Origin: Telmatocola sphagniphila
Lineage (GTDB): Bacteria; Planctomycetota; Planctomycetia; Gemmatales; Gemmataceae
Assembly (NCBI RefSeq): GCF_018398935.1
Contig: NZ_CP074694.1
Coordinates: forward strand, 4,350,001 to 4,382,000
DNA: 32,000 bases
Reading direction: 5' to 3'
The translations under genes were made by a program, and so were the position numbers. Positions 25,009 through 32,000 of this stretch are shown in pieces. Below the pieces are notes generated by a model, which worked only from the letters and a program-made list of their open reading frames with translations, did not search any database and was not told the DNA's origin. The first letter of the stretch is position 1. Every line of letters starts with the position of its first letter.

Positions 25009-25896
25009 TTAAAATAAACTTCGAAGAAAAATTTTATACGCGCCCAATTTTCCTTCGTAATTGCCTGCGGAAATTCGCACTATTTCCGTGCCACATGCGG
25101 CCCGAATGCCCACTCGCATAGCGTCTTCCACGGACAGCAGGCTCGTTCCATCAATTACGATTTCATAAACGCAGCTCACATTCGTAGGCAGAACTGTTTT
25201 TACCTGCCCCTTTAAAGTTGGGCAGTAAGCATCGTTAGTACTGGCACGCAGCTTCTTATAACGGCTTCCAATCTTGCTGCCGCTGCGAACCAAGCCGCCC
25301 GGAAATGGCGTAATAGCATCGGTTAAATGCTGAATTGCTTCGATGGCTTTTTCCGCTGCTTGCAGTGTGGCGAGTTGGCTTTTCCCGAGAATGAGAAAGT
25401 TGCCCCCGGCCACACCCTTCACCGTTCCGAAGCGATCCTCACAGACGAATTCCCCATCCATCACAGGAATTCGCCAGTAGCGCTTCTCTTCGATTTTTTT
25501 GCTGATCTGCCAGCCATCACCGAAGAAGCGGAGATTACCGCCGATGCGCAGAGCGCGCGTCGGGTCGATCGATAGACCATTGAAACAGGCGGTCGTCGGG
25601 CAGGTCAGAACGCACTGCCCGATGCGATTGACCAGCGCCTTCTCCAGGGCATCGCGACTGAACGCAAAAAACAACAGGGAATATCCGGGGCGTCCGTCCG
25701 GGGAATCGACCGGTGCAATTTCTTTCTCGATGCCCGCCTCGGCATCGCAACCGATGACGGATGTGGCGTATCCCGTAGCGGTTGTGGCCGCCACTTTCGC
25801 CCAGCGAGTATTGGCCGCGGTGACGATGAGGCGGGCCGCGGTCATGGTGAAGGCTTCCGCGAAAGTATCTTCAATTTCGGTATTTTTGATAATCAT
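25009..25896 (-). CDS. ftr: Formylmethanofuran--tetrahydromethanopterin N-formyltransferase (Ftr / FhcD homologue)
   Basis: IEDTFAEAFTMTAARLIVTAANTRWAKVAATTATGYATSVIGCDAEAGIEKE...PDGRPGYSLLFFAFS...GQCVLTCPTTACFNG closely matches the Ftr/FhcD consensus as I recall it. Confidence 0.88.
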   Translation of the reverse strand: MIIKNTEIEDTFAEAFTMTAARLIVTAANTRWAKVAATTATGYATSVIGCDAEAGIEKEIAPVDSPDGRPGYSLLFFAFSRDALEKALVNRIGQCVLTCPTTACFNGLSIDPTRALRIGGNLRFFGDGWQISKKIEEKRYWRIPVMDGEFVCEDRFGTVKGVAGGNFLILGKSQLATLQAAEKAIEAIQHLTDAITPFPGGLVRSGSKIGSRYKKLRASTNDAYCPTLKGQVKTVLPTNVSCVYEIVIDGTSLLSVEDAMRVGIRAACGTEIVRISAGNYEGKLGAYKIFLRSLF

Positions 25897-25967
25897 GGAG
25901 TTGCTATTAAACCAGCACGCCGCGCGAGGGAACAGCGAAAACCAGTCAACCGGAAAAAGTTCGGGCT

Positions 25968-28319
25968 TTAGGCCACTCGACGCAGGGAGATGGCCTCAGA
26001 GGAAACAAATCGAGCGTGAATTTGAGTTTTTCGAACCTGGATCGGTTCCGGTTCGTTCCAGACCAGCAAGAGGAAGGCGGGCACCAGAAAGGGACGAACG
26101 ACGAACGTGTCCAGCATCACACCGAACGCGAGTGCAAAGCCCACCTGCTTAAGAGTCGACAGATCGGCCAGCATCAGTGTTCCAAACGTTCCGGCCATGA
26201 TGACGCCGCAGGCCGTGATGGTTCCACCGGTTTTCGCCAATCCGCGTTGCACTCCTTCAACCAGACCGTAGCGACGGCGTTCCTGAAGAATCCTGCTGAC
26301 CAGAAGAATGTTATAATCTTCGCCGATTGCCACCAGAATGGTGAACAGGAAGAACGGCACTCGCCATTCGATTAAACCGAATGACCGCCCGGTGAGCCAC
26401 ATGCCGAACAAGGCCGTTGCTCCCAGTGTCGCGTAGTAGCTGAGCAGCACGGTACCTAGAAGGTAAGTCGCCAACCAAATTCGGCGAACCAGAATCAAGA
26501 GGATGAGAAACACTCCCGTAATCACTAGCGAATTCACCACGAGCCGATCTCGAGAGATGACGTTGGCCATATCGCGGGCGTTGATGGTCACACCATAGCA
26601 TTCAGCCCGGGTGGTTCGGAAACTTTCGGATTGCCCGGGCAGGAGATTCTGGATCCAACTTTCTAATTGATTCAGACTGCGAATACTTTCCGGCTCGAAT
26701 GGATCGGCCTTCAGCACGACATCCAACCGTGTGACATATTCGCTTTCGGATTCTTCGCCGATCCGGGCCACATAGTGTTCGACGGCCGCCAGTTGAGTCA
26801 GCGAATCGATTCCCTCCTGAAAGCGGCTCAGAAACGGATTCGCCTTAGGTGATTCTTCCAAAGGCTTGCCCAGCGGTTGCGTGAGACTTCGAACCTCGGC
26901 CACATTTTCCAGGTTGGCAAACCCGAAGCTCAGTCTTTGAATGAGATTCCGGCCCTCGGGTTCATTCCAATTTCGCGGGCTGGTCAATAGTACGGTAATC
27001 GGACCGGTTTCGCCCGCCGTGAAGTGCCGTTGGATCACACCCATTCCTTTGACACTCAAGGCATTCGGGCTGAGATCCCCTGTCGGTTTAAAACTCGGAC
27101 GAATTTGCGTGCCCAGTATGACTAGCGGCATAAGAATTAGCAGCGAAATGCCGAAAACCCAGCCTGGTTTGGCAACCACAAAGCGGCTCGCCCGCTGCCA
27201 GAATGTACTTTCCAGTTTCGAGGGAGACATCAGTCGGACGCGCATCGGCCAGAACACGCTTCGTTTGCCGATGGCCAGGAGTGCGGGAGTAATCGTCAGC
27301 GCGGCCATTAATCCGACCAACAGGCCAAGAGCAATTACCGGCCCGGCACAGCGAATTTTGCCGAATTCAGCAAAGCCCATCATCCCTAAACCGCAAATAA
27401 CGGTACCAGCGCTACCGACGATTGCACCGGTGACCGCTCGCATGGCTCGGGGTAAACCCCCTTGGGGAGTTTGACCATATTCCAATTCTTCACGATACCG
27501 GCTGATCAGAAACAGACAGTAATCGGTCCCGGCCCCAAAGAGAATAACGATGGCAAACACCTGGCTGATATTGACCAGTTGCACCCCGGGAATGAGGGTG
27601 AGAATCGCCAGCAGTTGCAAGGCGACGAAAACGGCGAATCCGATAGTCACCAAGGGGACCATCGCCAGCCAGGGCGATCGATACACAGCTAGAAGTACAA
27701 CGACTACCAGCCCAATCGTCGCGAAGGTGGTGCGATCCAGACTTTTGCCTCCGGCATTCACGAGATCTCGGCCCACACCGGCCGCCCCGCTAATGGTCCA
27801 GCGAAGATTCGATTTGGGGGAGGCGGTTTCACTTTCGCGAAGTTCGTCTTCAACGCGGTTGAGCGCCACTCGAGTCTGATGGGCTAAATAGGGAGTCGCC
27901 AGACTGATCGGCACCAGAACGCACTTCTTATCGTTGCTGATCAGCCGGGCGCCAATCGGCCCTTCCTTATAAGAAGCAATCTGAGTGATACCCAGTGCCG
28001 AATCGGTGGATTGCAATTTGCGGAGTTGGGTAATGACAGTATCGACGTAACGAAACTCTTCAGGCTGTAATTCGGAACTGTCTTCGCGCTCGAAGGTAAC
28101 GATGGCCCGGCTAGCGGCCACATCTTTAGGGAAAGCCAATTCTAGCAGATGAAAAGCTCGAACACTGGGTGCCGACGCCGGCATAAAGCTGACATCGTCG
28201 TCGGTAGCGTTTTTCTGCCAGTCGGGCGCGACAACTTTCAGCCCAATTGCCACTAGCAGCCAGATGGACAGGATCTTCCACGGGTGCCGACCCGCTTTTT
28301 GACCCAGAAAATGAAACAT
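25968..28319 (-). CDS. MMPL-family (RND superfamily) transporter
   Basis: The 783-aa protein starts with GRHPWKILSIWLLVAIGLKVVAP. It has two blocks of about six TM helices, each preceded by a soluble loop, which is the typical MMPL architecture. Confidence 0.75.
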   Translation of the reverse strand: MFHFLGQKAGRHPWKILSIWLLVAIGLKVVAPDWQKNATDDDVSFMPASAPSVRAFHLLELAFPKDVAASRAIVTFEREDSSELQPEEFRYVDTVITQLRKLQSTDSALGITQIASYKEGPIGARLISNDKKCVLVPISLATPYLAHQTRVALNRVEDELRESETASPKSNLRWTISGAAGVGRDLVNAGGKSLDRTTFATIGLVVVVLLAVYRSPWLAMVPLVTIGFAVFVALQLLAILTLIPGVQLVNISQVFAIVILFGAGTDYCLFLISRYREELEYGQTPQGGLPRAMRAVTGAIVGSAGTVICGLGMMGFAEFGKIRCAGPVIALGLLVGLMAALTITPALLAIGKRSVFWPMRVRLMSPSKLESTFWQRASRFVVAKPGWVFGISLLILMPLVILGTQIRPSFKPTGDLSPNALSVKGMGVIQRHFTAGETGPITVLLTSPRNWNEPEGRNLIQRLSFGFANLENVAEVRSLTQPLGKPLEESPKANPFLSRFQEGIDSLTQLAAVEHYVARIGEESESEYVTRLDVVLKADPFEPESIRSLNQLESWIQNLLPGQSESFRTTRAECYGVTINARDMANVISRDRLVVNSLVITGVFLILLILVRRIWLATYLLGTVLLSYYATLGATALFGMWLTGRSFGLIEWRVPFFLFTILVAIGEDYNILLVSRILQERRRYGLVEGVQRGLAKTGGTITACGVIMAGTFGTLMLADLSTLKQVGFALAFGVMLDTFVVRPFLVPAFLLLVWNEPEPIQVRKTQIHARFVSSEAISLRRVA

Positions 28320-28508
28320 CCCTTACCTGCTTTCCCCTTTTTGGCATGCGTAAAAACATGCCCCTGCGTATTACCCATATTTCGGGAAAACGGTCAAGGG
28401 GGAGTTGGGAAACGGCTCGGCCCGTTTTTACGTGGGTCACCCGAATTACCCATTTCAACAAGATATACCGAGATCTTTAATTGAAATGAAAGAATGGGAC
28501 ATGCAGCT

Positions 28509-29351
28509 TCACTCGCAATAGTAGTGCAGGCTGAAATTTACTTGAAACTCCACCGATCGCGGATCGTCCGAAATAATCTCGTCTTCCTGCAAGTAATAAG
28601 AGCAATCCTCAAGTAATTCCAAACATCTTTGATGCTTCATCAATCTTTGTGAATTTCCCGAAGTTCTACTGTTGAATGTCGGATGGACAAAGCTCGGCTC
28701 CAAAAGCTTCTTACCTAGGGATTTGGCTAATTTCTCCGCCTCGGCTTGTGCCTTGAGGTAAGCCTCCCGGGTTGCCTGGATCTGCTGCGCGTCCGACAAG
28801 CGAGAAATGTAAAGGAATTGCGGTTTGAAATCGGGTTCGGGGTCCTGCATCGATGCCTGCATGGCCTGGATGTAATGCATTTGGGTTTCCAACCCGGGGG
28901 CCAAATTGACGGGTTCTTCTTCCGCTGGCGGTTCTTCGGTGGCCTCTATTTTGAGACGGTCCACCATAATAAGAACCTCTTCTGCGCGGAGGGAATCGAT
29001 CGGCCAGTACGCCGTCAGTACCGCATGCAACTCCGGGTTATCAGTCACCTTTTTTTCCGGAGAGGCCGGCACGCCGGGTATCGGGCGTTTGAATCTCTGC
29101 AAATTTTTAACGGAATCCGGCACGGCATGTTCACTGAAGTGCGGTTCCCCGCAATCGATTTGTGTCGCACCTAAGGGAGTGAGCCACTCACGTGCAGCTT
29201 CGAACTGTTTCTTGAGCTTGGCTAGACCCAGCTCCATGGTCGATTCCGCCGCTCGTATTCGAAGCTTCATTAAAAGAAGGCAAGGTCGAACGCGTACGGA
29301 GGCAGTTCCACTTCCGTGAACTTGCAGCTTCCTCGATTCGTTGTCAGCCAT
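28509..29351 (-). CDS. Hypothetical protein, possibly SIMPL (DUF541)-like, no signal peptide
   Basis: LQVHGSGTASVRVRP near the N-terminus and REAYLKAQAEAEKLAKSLGKKLLEPSFV near the C-terminus resemble the two conserved halves of SIMPL-domain proteins. An acidic, proline-rich insert (EATEEPPAEEEPV) lies between them. The assignment is weak. Confidence 0.4.
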   Translation of the reverse strand: MADNESRKLQVHGSGTASVRVRPCLLLMKLRIRAAESTMELGLAKLKKQFEAAREWLTPLGATQIDCGEPHFSEHAVPDSVKNLQRFKRPIPGVPASPEKKVTDNPELHAVLTAYWPIDSLRAEEVLIMVDRLKIEATEEPPAEEEPVNLAPGLETQMHYIQAMQASMQDPEPDFKPQFLYISRLSDAQQIQATREAYLKAQAEAEKLAKSLGKKLLEPSFVHPTFNSRTSGNSQRLMKHQRCLELLEDCSYYLQEDEIISDDPRSVEFQVNFSLHYYCE

Positions 29352-29564
29352 TCGCTAGGGTCCGTTGGGTGATTTTGACGGTGAGCAATCATAACGAAAC
29401 AGATCGACCTCTGTCATGAAAAATGACAACCACTTTGAAGAATCTCTAAAAAAGAAATCTCTGAACCCAATAATTGACAACCGGTCTGTTAAAAACTGAT
29501 GTTTTTCGAGTAAACTGCTTCTGCCGATTTCCTTCCCGTGCCAAGAGGGTACTATCATAACGCC

Positions 29565-30503
29565 ATGTCCATAGCCATACGATGCAGCGATCTCAAAAAG
29601 ACTTATCCTGCCAAGCCGCCTGTGGAGGCCGTGCGGGGGATTGATTTGACCGTAAACACCGGTGAGTGTTTCGGCCTGCTCGGCCCGAATGGAGCCGGGA
29701 AAACGACGACGATGGAAATGTTGGAGGGTTTGCTCGATCCAACTTCGGGAACCCTGGAAGTCCTCGGGAAAACCTGGATGGATGCTGGGGATCACCTGCG
29801 TGAGCGAGTCGGCATCTCGCTTCAGGAAACTCGGCTGTCGGACAAACTCACCGTTCGCGAAACTCTGAATCTTTTTCGAAGCTTCTATAAGCAGGGTATC
29901 ACTGTTGAGGAGGCGATTGGGATCGTATCGCTCGAAGAAAAAGCTCGCTCTTATATCGACAAGCTCTCCGGAGGGCAGAAACAACGTCTGGCCCTGGCTT
30001 GCGGCCTGGTCGGCGACCCGGAACTGCTGTTTCTCGATGAACCGACCACCGGCCTCGATCCGCAATCACGCCGGCAAGTCTGGGATATCGTACAGCAATT
30101 GAAGTCACGAGGACGCACTGTGCTCATCACGACCCATTACATGGACGAGGCCGAGCGTCTTTGTGATAGAGTTTCCATTGTCGATCATGGCAAGATCATT
30201 GCACTTGGGACACCGGCCGAGTTGATCCAGCAGGCCGGCGGAAGCAATATCATTGACGTCACACTGGCTCAAGACCCGCACTTTCCGGAATCCTACTGGC
30301 ACGATCTTCCCAGTGTGCGTAAGGTCGCGATTGAAGGCAAAACCATTCATCTGACCATTGATGAAACGCACGTGACCATGCCCCGAATTCTCGACATGCT
30401 GGTGAAAGAGGGCTGCGAATTGACTGGTTTGGCGAATCGCAAAACCACTCTGGAAGATGTCTTCGTTCAATTGACCGGCCGGCATTTACGGGATGCGGAT
30501 TGA
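29565..30503 (+). CDS. ABC transporter ATP-binding protein (ABC-2/DrrA-like exporter subfamily)
   Basis: The motifs are Walker A GPNGAGKTTT, signature LSGGQKQRLALA, Walker B LLFLDEPTTGLD and H-loop ITTHYMDEA. I take the Met giving MSIAIRCSDLKKTY as the start; the track begins at 29538. Confidence 0.9.
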   Translation: MSIAIRCSDLKKTYPAKPPVEAVRGIDLTVNTGECFGLLGPNGAGKTTTMEMLEGLLDPTSGTLEVLGKTWMDAGDHLRERVGISLQETRLSDKLTVRETLNLFRSFYKQGITVEEAIGIVSLEEKARSYIDKLSGGQKQRLALACGLVGDPELLFLDEPTTGLDPQSRRQVWDIVQQLKSRGRTVLITTHYMDEAERLCDRVSIVDHGKIIALGTPAELIQQAGGSNIIDVTLAQDPHFPESYWHDLPSVRKVAIEGKTIHLTIDETHVTMPRILDMLVKEGCELTGLANRKTTLEDVFVQLTGRHLRDAD

Positions 30504-30528
30504 TTCATCGGAATAAGGAATTGGAATT

Positions 30529-31587
30529 ATGCGGCAATCCGCACTCATGCATCTCACGAGAGCGCGACTGCTCGAGTTCTTTCGAGAGCCCGCGGCAGTC
30601 TTCTGGGTCTACGGCTTCCCCCTGGGTTTAGCTCTTATTCTCGGGATTGCTTTTCAAGATCGGCCCGTCGAGAAATTGAATGTCGATGTGATTACGACGG
30701 CGGAGAACGAATCGGCCCGCACCAAACTCTCGGAAACATTGAAAGTCGATACCCGTCTGGTCCTGAACACCTATTCGTTGGATGAATCCCGTAAACGGCT
30801 GATGAGTGGGAAGACCGATCTGATCCTCGAACCCCTCGCCGCTACAGAAAAGCCCAATTTCAAAGTCTGGGAAGAGCGAAACCGGCCGGAAAGCGTTCTG
30901 ACCCGAAGTGTTGTCGAAAGCATTCTGAACAAATCCAAGCTCGGTGAAAACGCGGTTCAGATTGAAGACGTCCAACTTCAGGAAGTCGGCCGAAGATATA
31001 TAGATTTTTTAATACCCGGTCTCATCGGCATGAACCTTATGGGCGGCGGGTTGTTCGGAGTCGGCTTCGTCATCGTGGATATGCGCGTCCGGAAACTGCT
31101 GAAGCGATTCCTGGCCACACCGATGCGGAAAACCGACTTCACGGCCAGTGTGATGGCCAGCCGATTGCTTTTCACGATACCCGAAGTGAGTGTTCTATTT
31201 GGATTTTCCTATCTGTTTTTCGGCGTGGTATGTAAAGGCTCGTTGCTCGATCTCTTTATCGTCATGCTCTTTGGCGGAGTGGCCTTTACGGGCCTGGGTC
31301 TGCTAATCGCCAGCCGAGCGAAGACTATCGAAACCGTCTCGGGATTGATGAATGCAATTCTGATTCCCCAATGGGCCGTTTCCGGAGTTTTCTTCTCAGC
31401 CGAGCGATTTCCCGAGGCTTTTCAGCCGTTTATTCAACCTCTGCCACTGACGGCACTAAACAACGCTTTGCGAACTATTATGAACGAAGGCAAAGGGGTT
31501 CTGGACTGTTTGCCGCAATTGGGAATTCTGACGGCCTGGGGTCTGGTTTCGTTCTTCATCGCCCTCCGAATATTCCGCTGGCGTTAA
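30529..31587 (+). CDS. ABC-2 type transporter permease
   Basis: The 352-aa protein has an N-terminal TM helix, an extracytoplasmic loop of about 130 aa and a C-terminal block of 5-6 TM helices. It lies 25 nt after the ATPase gene. Confidence 0.8.
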   Translation: MRQSALMHLTRARLLEFFREPAAVFWVYGFPLGLALILGIAFQDRPVEKLNVDVITTAENESARTKLSETLKVDTRLVLNTYSLDESRKRLMSGKTDLILEPLAATEKPNFKVWEERNRPESVLTRSVVESILNKSKLGENAVQIEDVQLQEVGRRYIDFLIPGLIGMNLMGGGLFGVGFVIVDMRVRKLLKRFLATPMRKTDFTASVMASRLLFTIPEVSVLFGFSYLFFGVVCKGSLLDLFIVMLFGGVAFTGLGLLIASRAKTIETVSGLMNAILIPQWAVSGVFFSAERFPEAFQPFIQPLPLTALNNALRTIMNEGKGVLDCLPQLGILTAWGLVSFFIALRIFRWR

Positions 31588-31590
31588 TCC

Positions 31591-31956
31591 ATGAGACAAT
31601 TACTTTTCGTTTATGGCACGTTGAAGCGTGGCTTGCAGAATCAGCATTTTCTTGACGAACAGAAATTTGTCGCGGAAGTTAAAACGCTGCCGCACTACCG
31701 CATCTACCACTTCGGCTGGCATCCGGGCATGATTGAAGTTTCTGCACAAGGGCTTGCCGTCCGCGGGGAGATCTATGAAGTGGATGAGCAGGCATTGAGC
31801 AAGATGGACGAATATGAGGAAGTGCCCACTTTCTTTATCCGCAAGCCGGTTCTGATTCTCGGTTTCGAAAATGTGGATGCCTACTATTTTAATCGAGAAA
31901 TCCCGGCCGGTACGCCATTCTCCGACCATTGGCCCTTTGAGATTCCAAAGTCTTGA
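31591..31956 (+). CDS. Gamma-glutamylcyclotransferase (GGACT/AIG2-like) family protein
   Basis: The N-terminal LLFVYGTLKRG motif and the later EIYEVD and LDEYE stretches are typical of the GGCT-like fold. The gene starts 3 nt after the permease stop. Confidence 0.75.
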   Translation: MRQLLFVYGTLKRGLQNQHFLDEQKFVAEVKTLPHYRIYHFGWHPGMIEVSAQGLAVRGEIYEVDEQALSKMDEYEEVPTFFIRKPVLILGFENVDAYYFNREIPAGTPFSDHWPFEIPKS

Positions 31957-32000
31957 GGCGGAAGCTCACGCTTTGATCTGTCGACTGATCAACCAATGAT

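Noticed and set aside
25499-26152. A 217-aa plus-strand ORF bridging ftr and the MMPL gene
   Set aside because: It is antisense to two well-supported genes and crosses their intergenic gap. Its sequence is R/A/S-rich.
28320-28508. Short repeats in the MMPL leader. ATTACCCAT occurs at 28370-28378 and 28445-28453, and there is an inverted 9-mer CGTAAAAAC / GTTTTTACG.
   Set aside because: These are 9-nt matches in a 190-nt spacer, with no convincing extended structure and no T tract. I cannot distinguish them from chance without comparative data.
29355-30065. A 236-aa minus-strand ORF
   Set aside because: It is mostly antisense to the ABC ATPase, which has Walker A, signature and Walker B motifs. 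It also runs through the divergent promoter region.
1-32000. A window-wide scan for CRISPR arrays, IS or transposase genes, integrases, rRNA and long direct or inverted repeats
   Set aside because: I found no regularly spaced repeat array and no DDE, tyrosine or serine recombinase motifs. The only repeats seen are the ~60-nt tandem duplicate at 8004-8146 and the short palindromes and hairpins listed above.

Overview
This looks like a chromosomal window from a Planctomycetota/PVC-type genome. The evidence is a giant PVC-type CxxCH heme-binding protein, a Tat-signal Gfo/Idh/MocA oxidoreductase, an H4MPT-pathway formyltransferase and many lipoprotein or signal-peptide proteins. I support about 28 protein genes, one tRNA-His(GTG), several intrinsic terminators and a few short repeats or palindromes. 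I saw no CRISPR array, rRNA, transposase or integrase. Gene content from left to right: a partial PLP-dependent decarboxylase that is missing from the ORF track because it runs off the window edge; a divergent pair of patatin-like lipases; a PduO-type corrinoid adenosyltransferase; a lipoprotein; tRNA-His; a spherulation-specific family 4 protein; an AT-rich patch of tiny orphan genes with back-to-back terminators and a tandem 3-prime duplication; a Tat Gfo/Idh/MocA oxidoreductase; a secreted alpha/beta hydrolase; MgtE; a truncated Bat-like aerotolerance cluster (vWA, TPR, BatD, SH3) sitting behind the 1133-aa heme-binding protein; a four-gene Rieske/cytochrome b operon; Ftr/FhcD; an MMPL transporter; a SIMPL-like protein; and an ABC-2 exporter followed by a gamma-glutamylcyclotransferase-like gene. 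The best candidate for something undescribed is the Rieske/cytochrome b operon at 20.5-24.8 kb. It has no c1/f-type subunit. It is bracketed by two large polytopic membrane proteins, and the last one looks like a Q-loop-less cytochrome bd subunit I (CydA-like) domain fused to a monoheme cytochrome c. All family calls come from motif recognition by eye and need HMM or BLAST confirmation.
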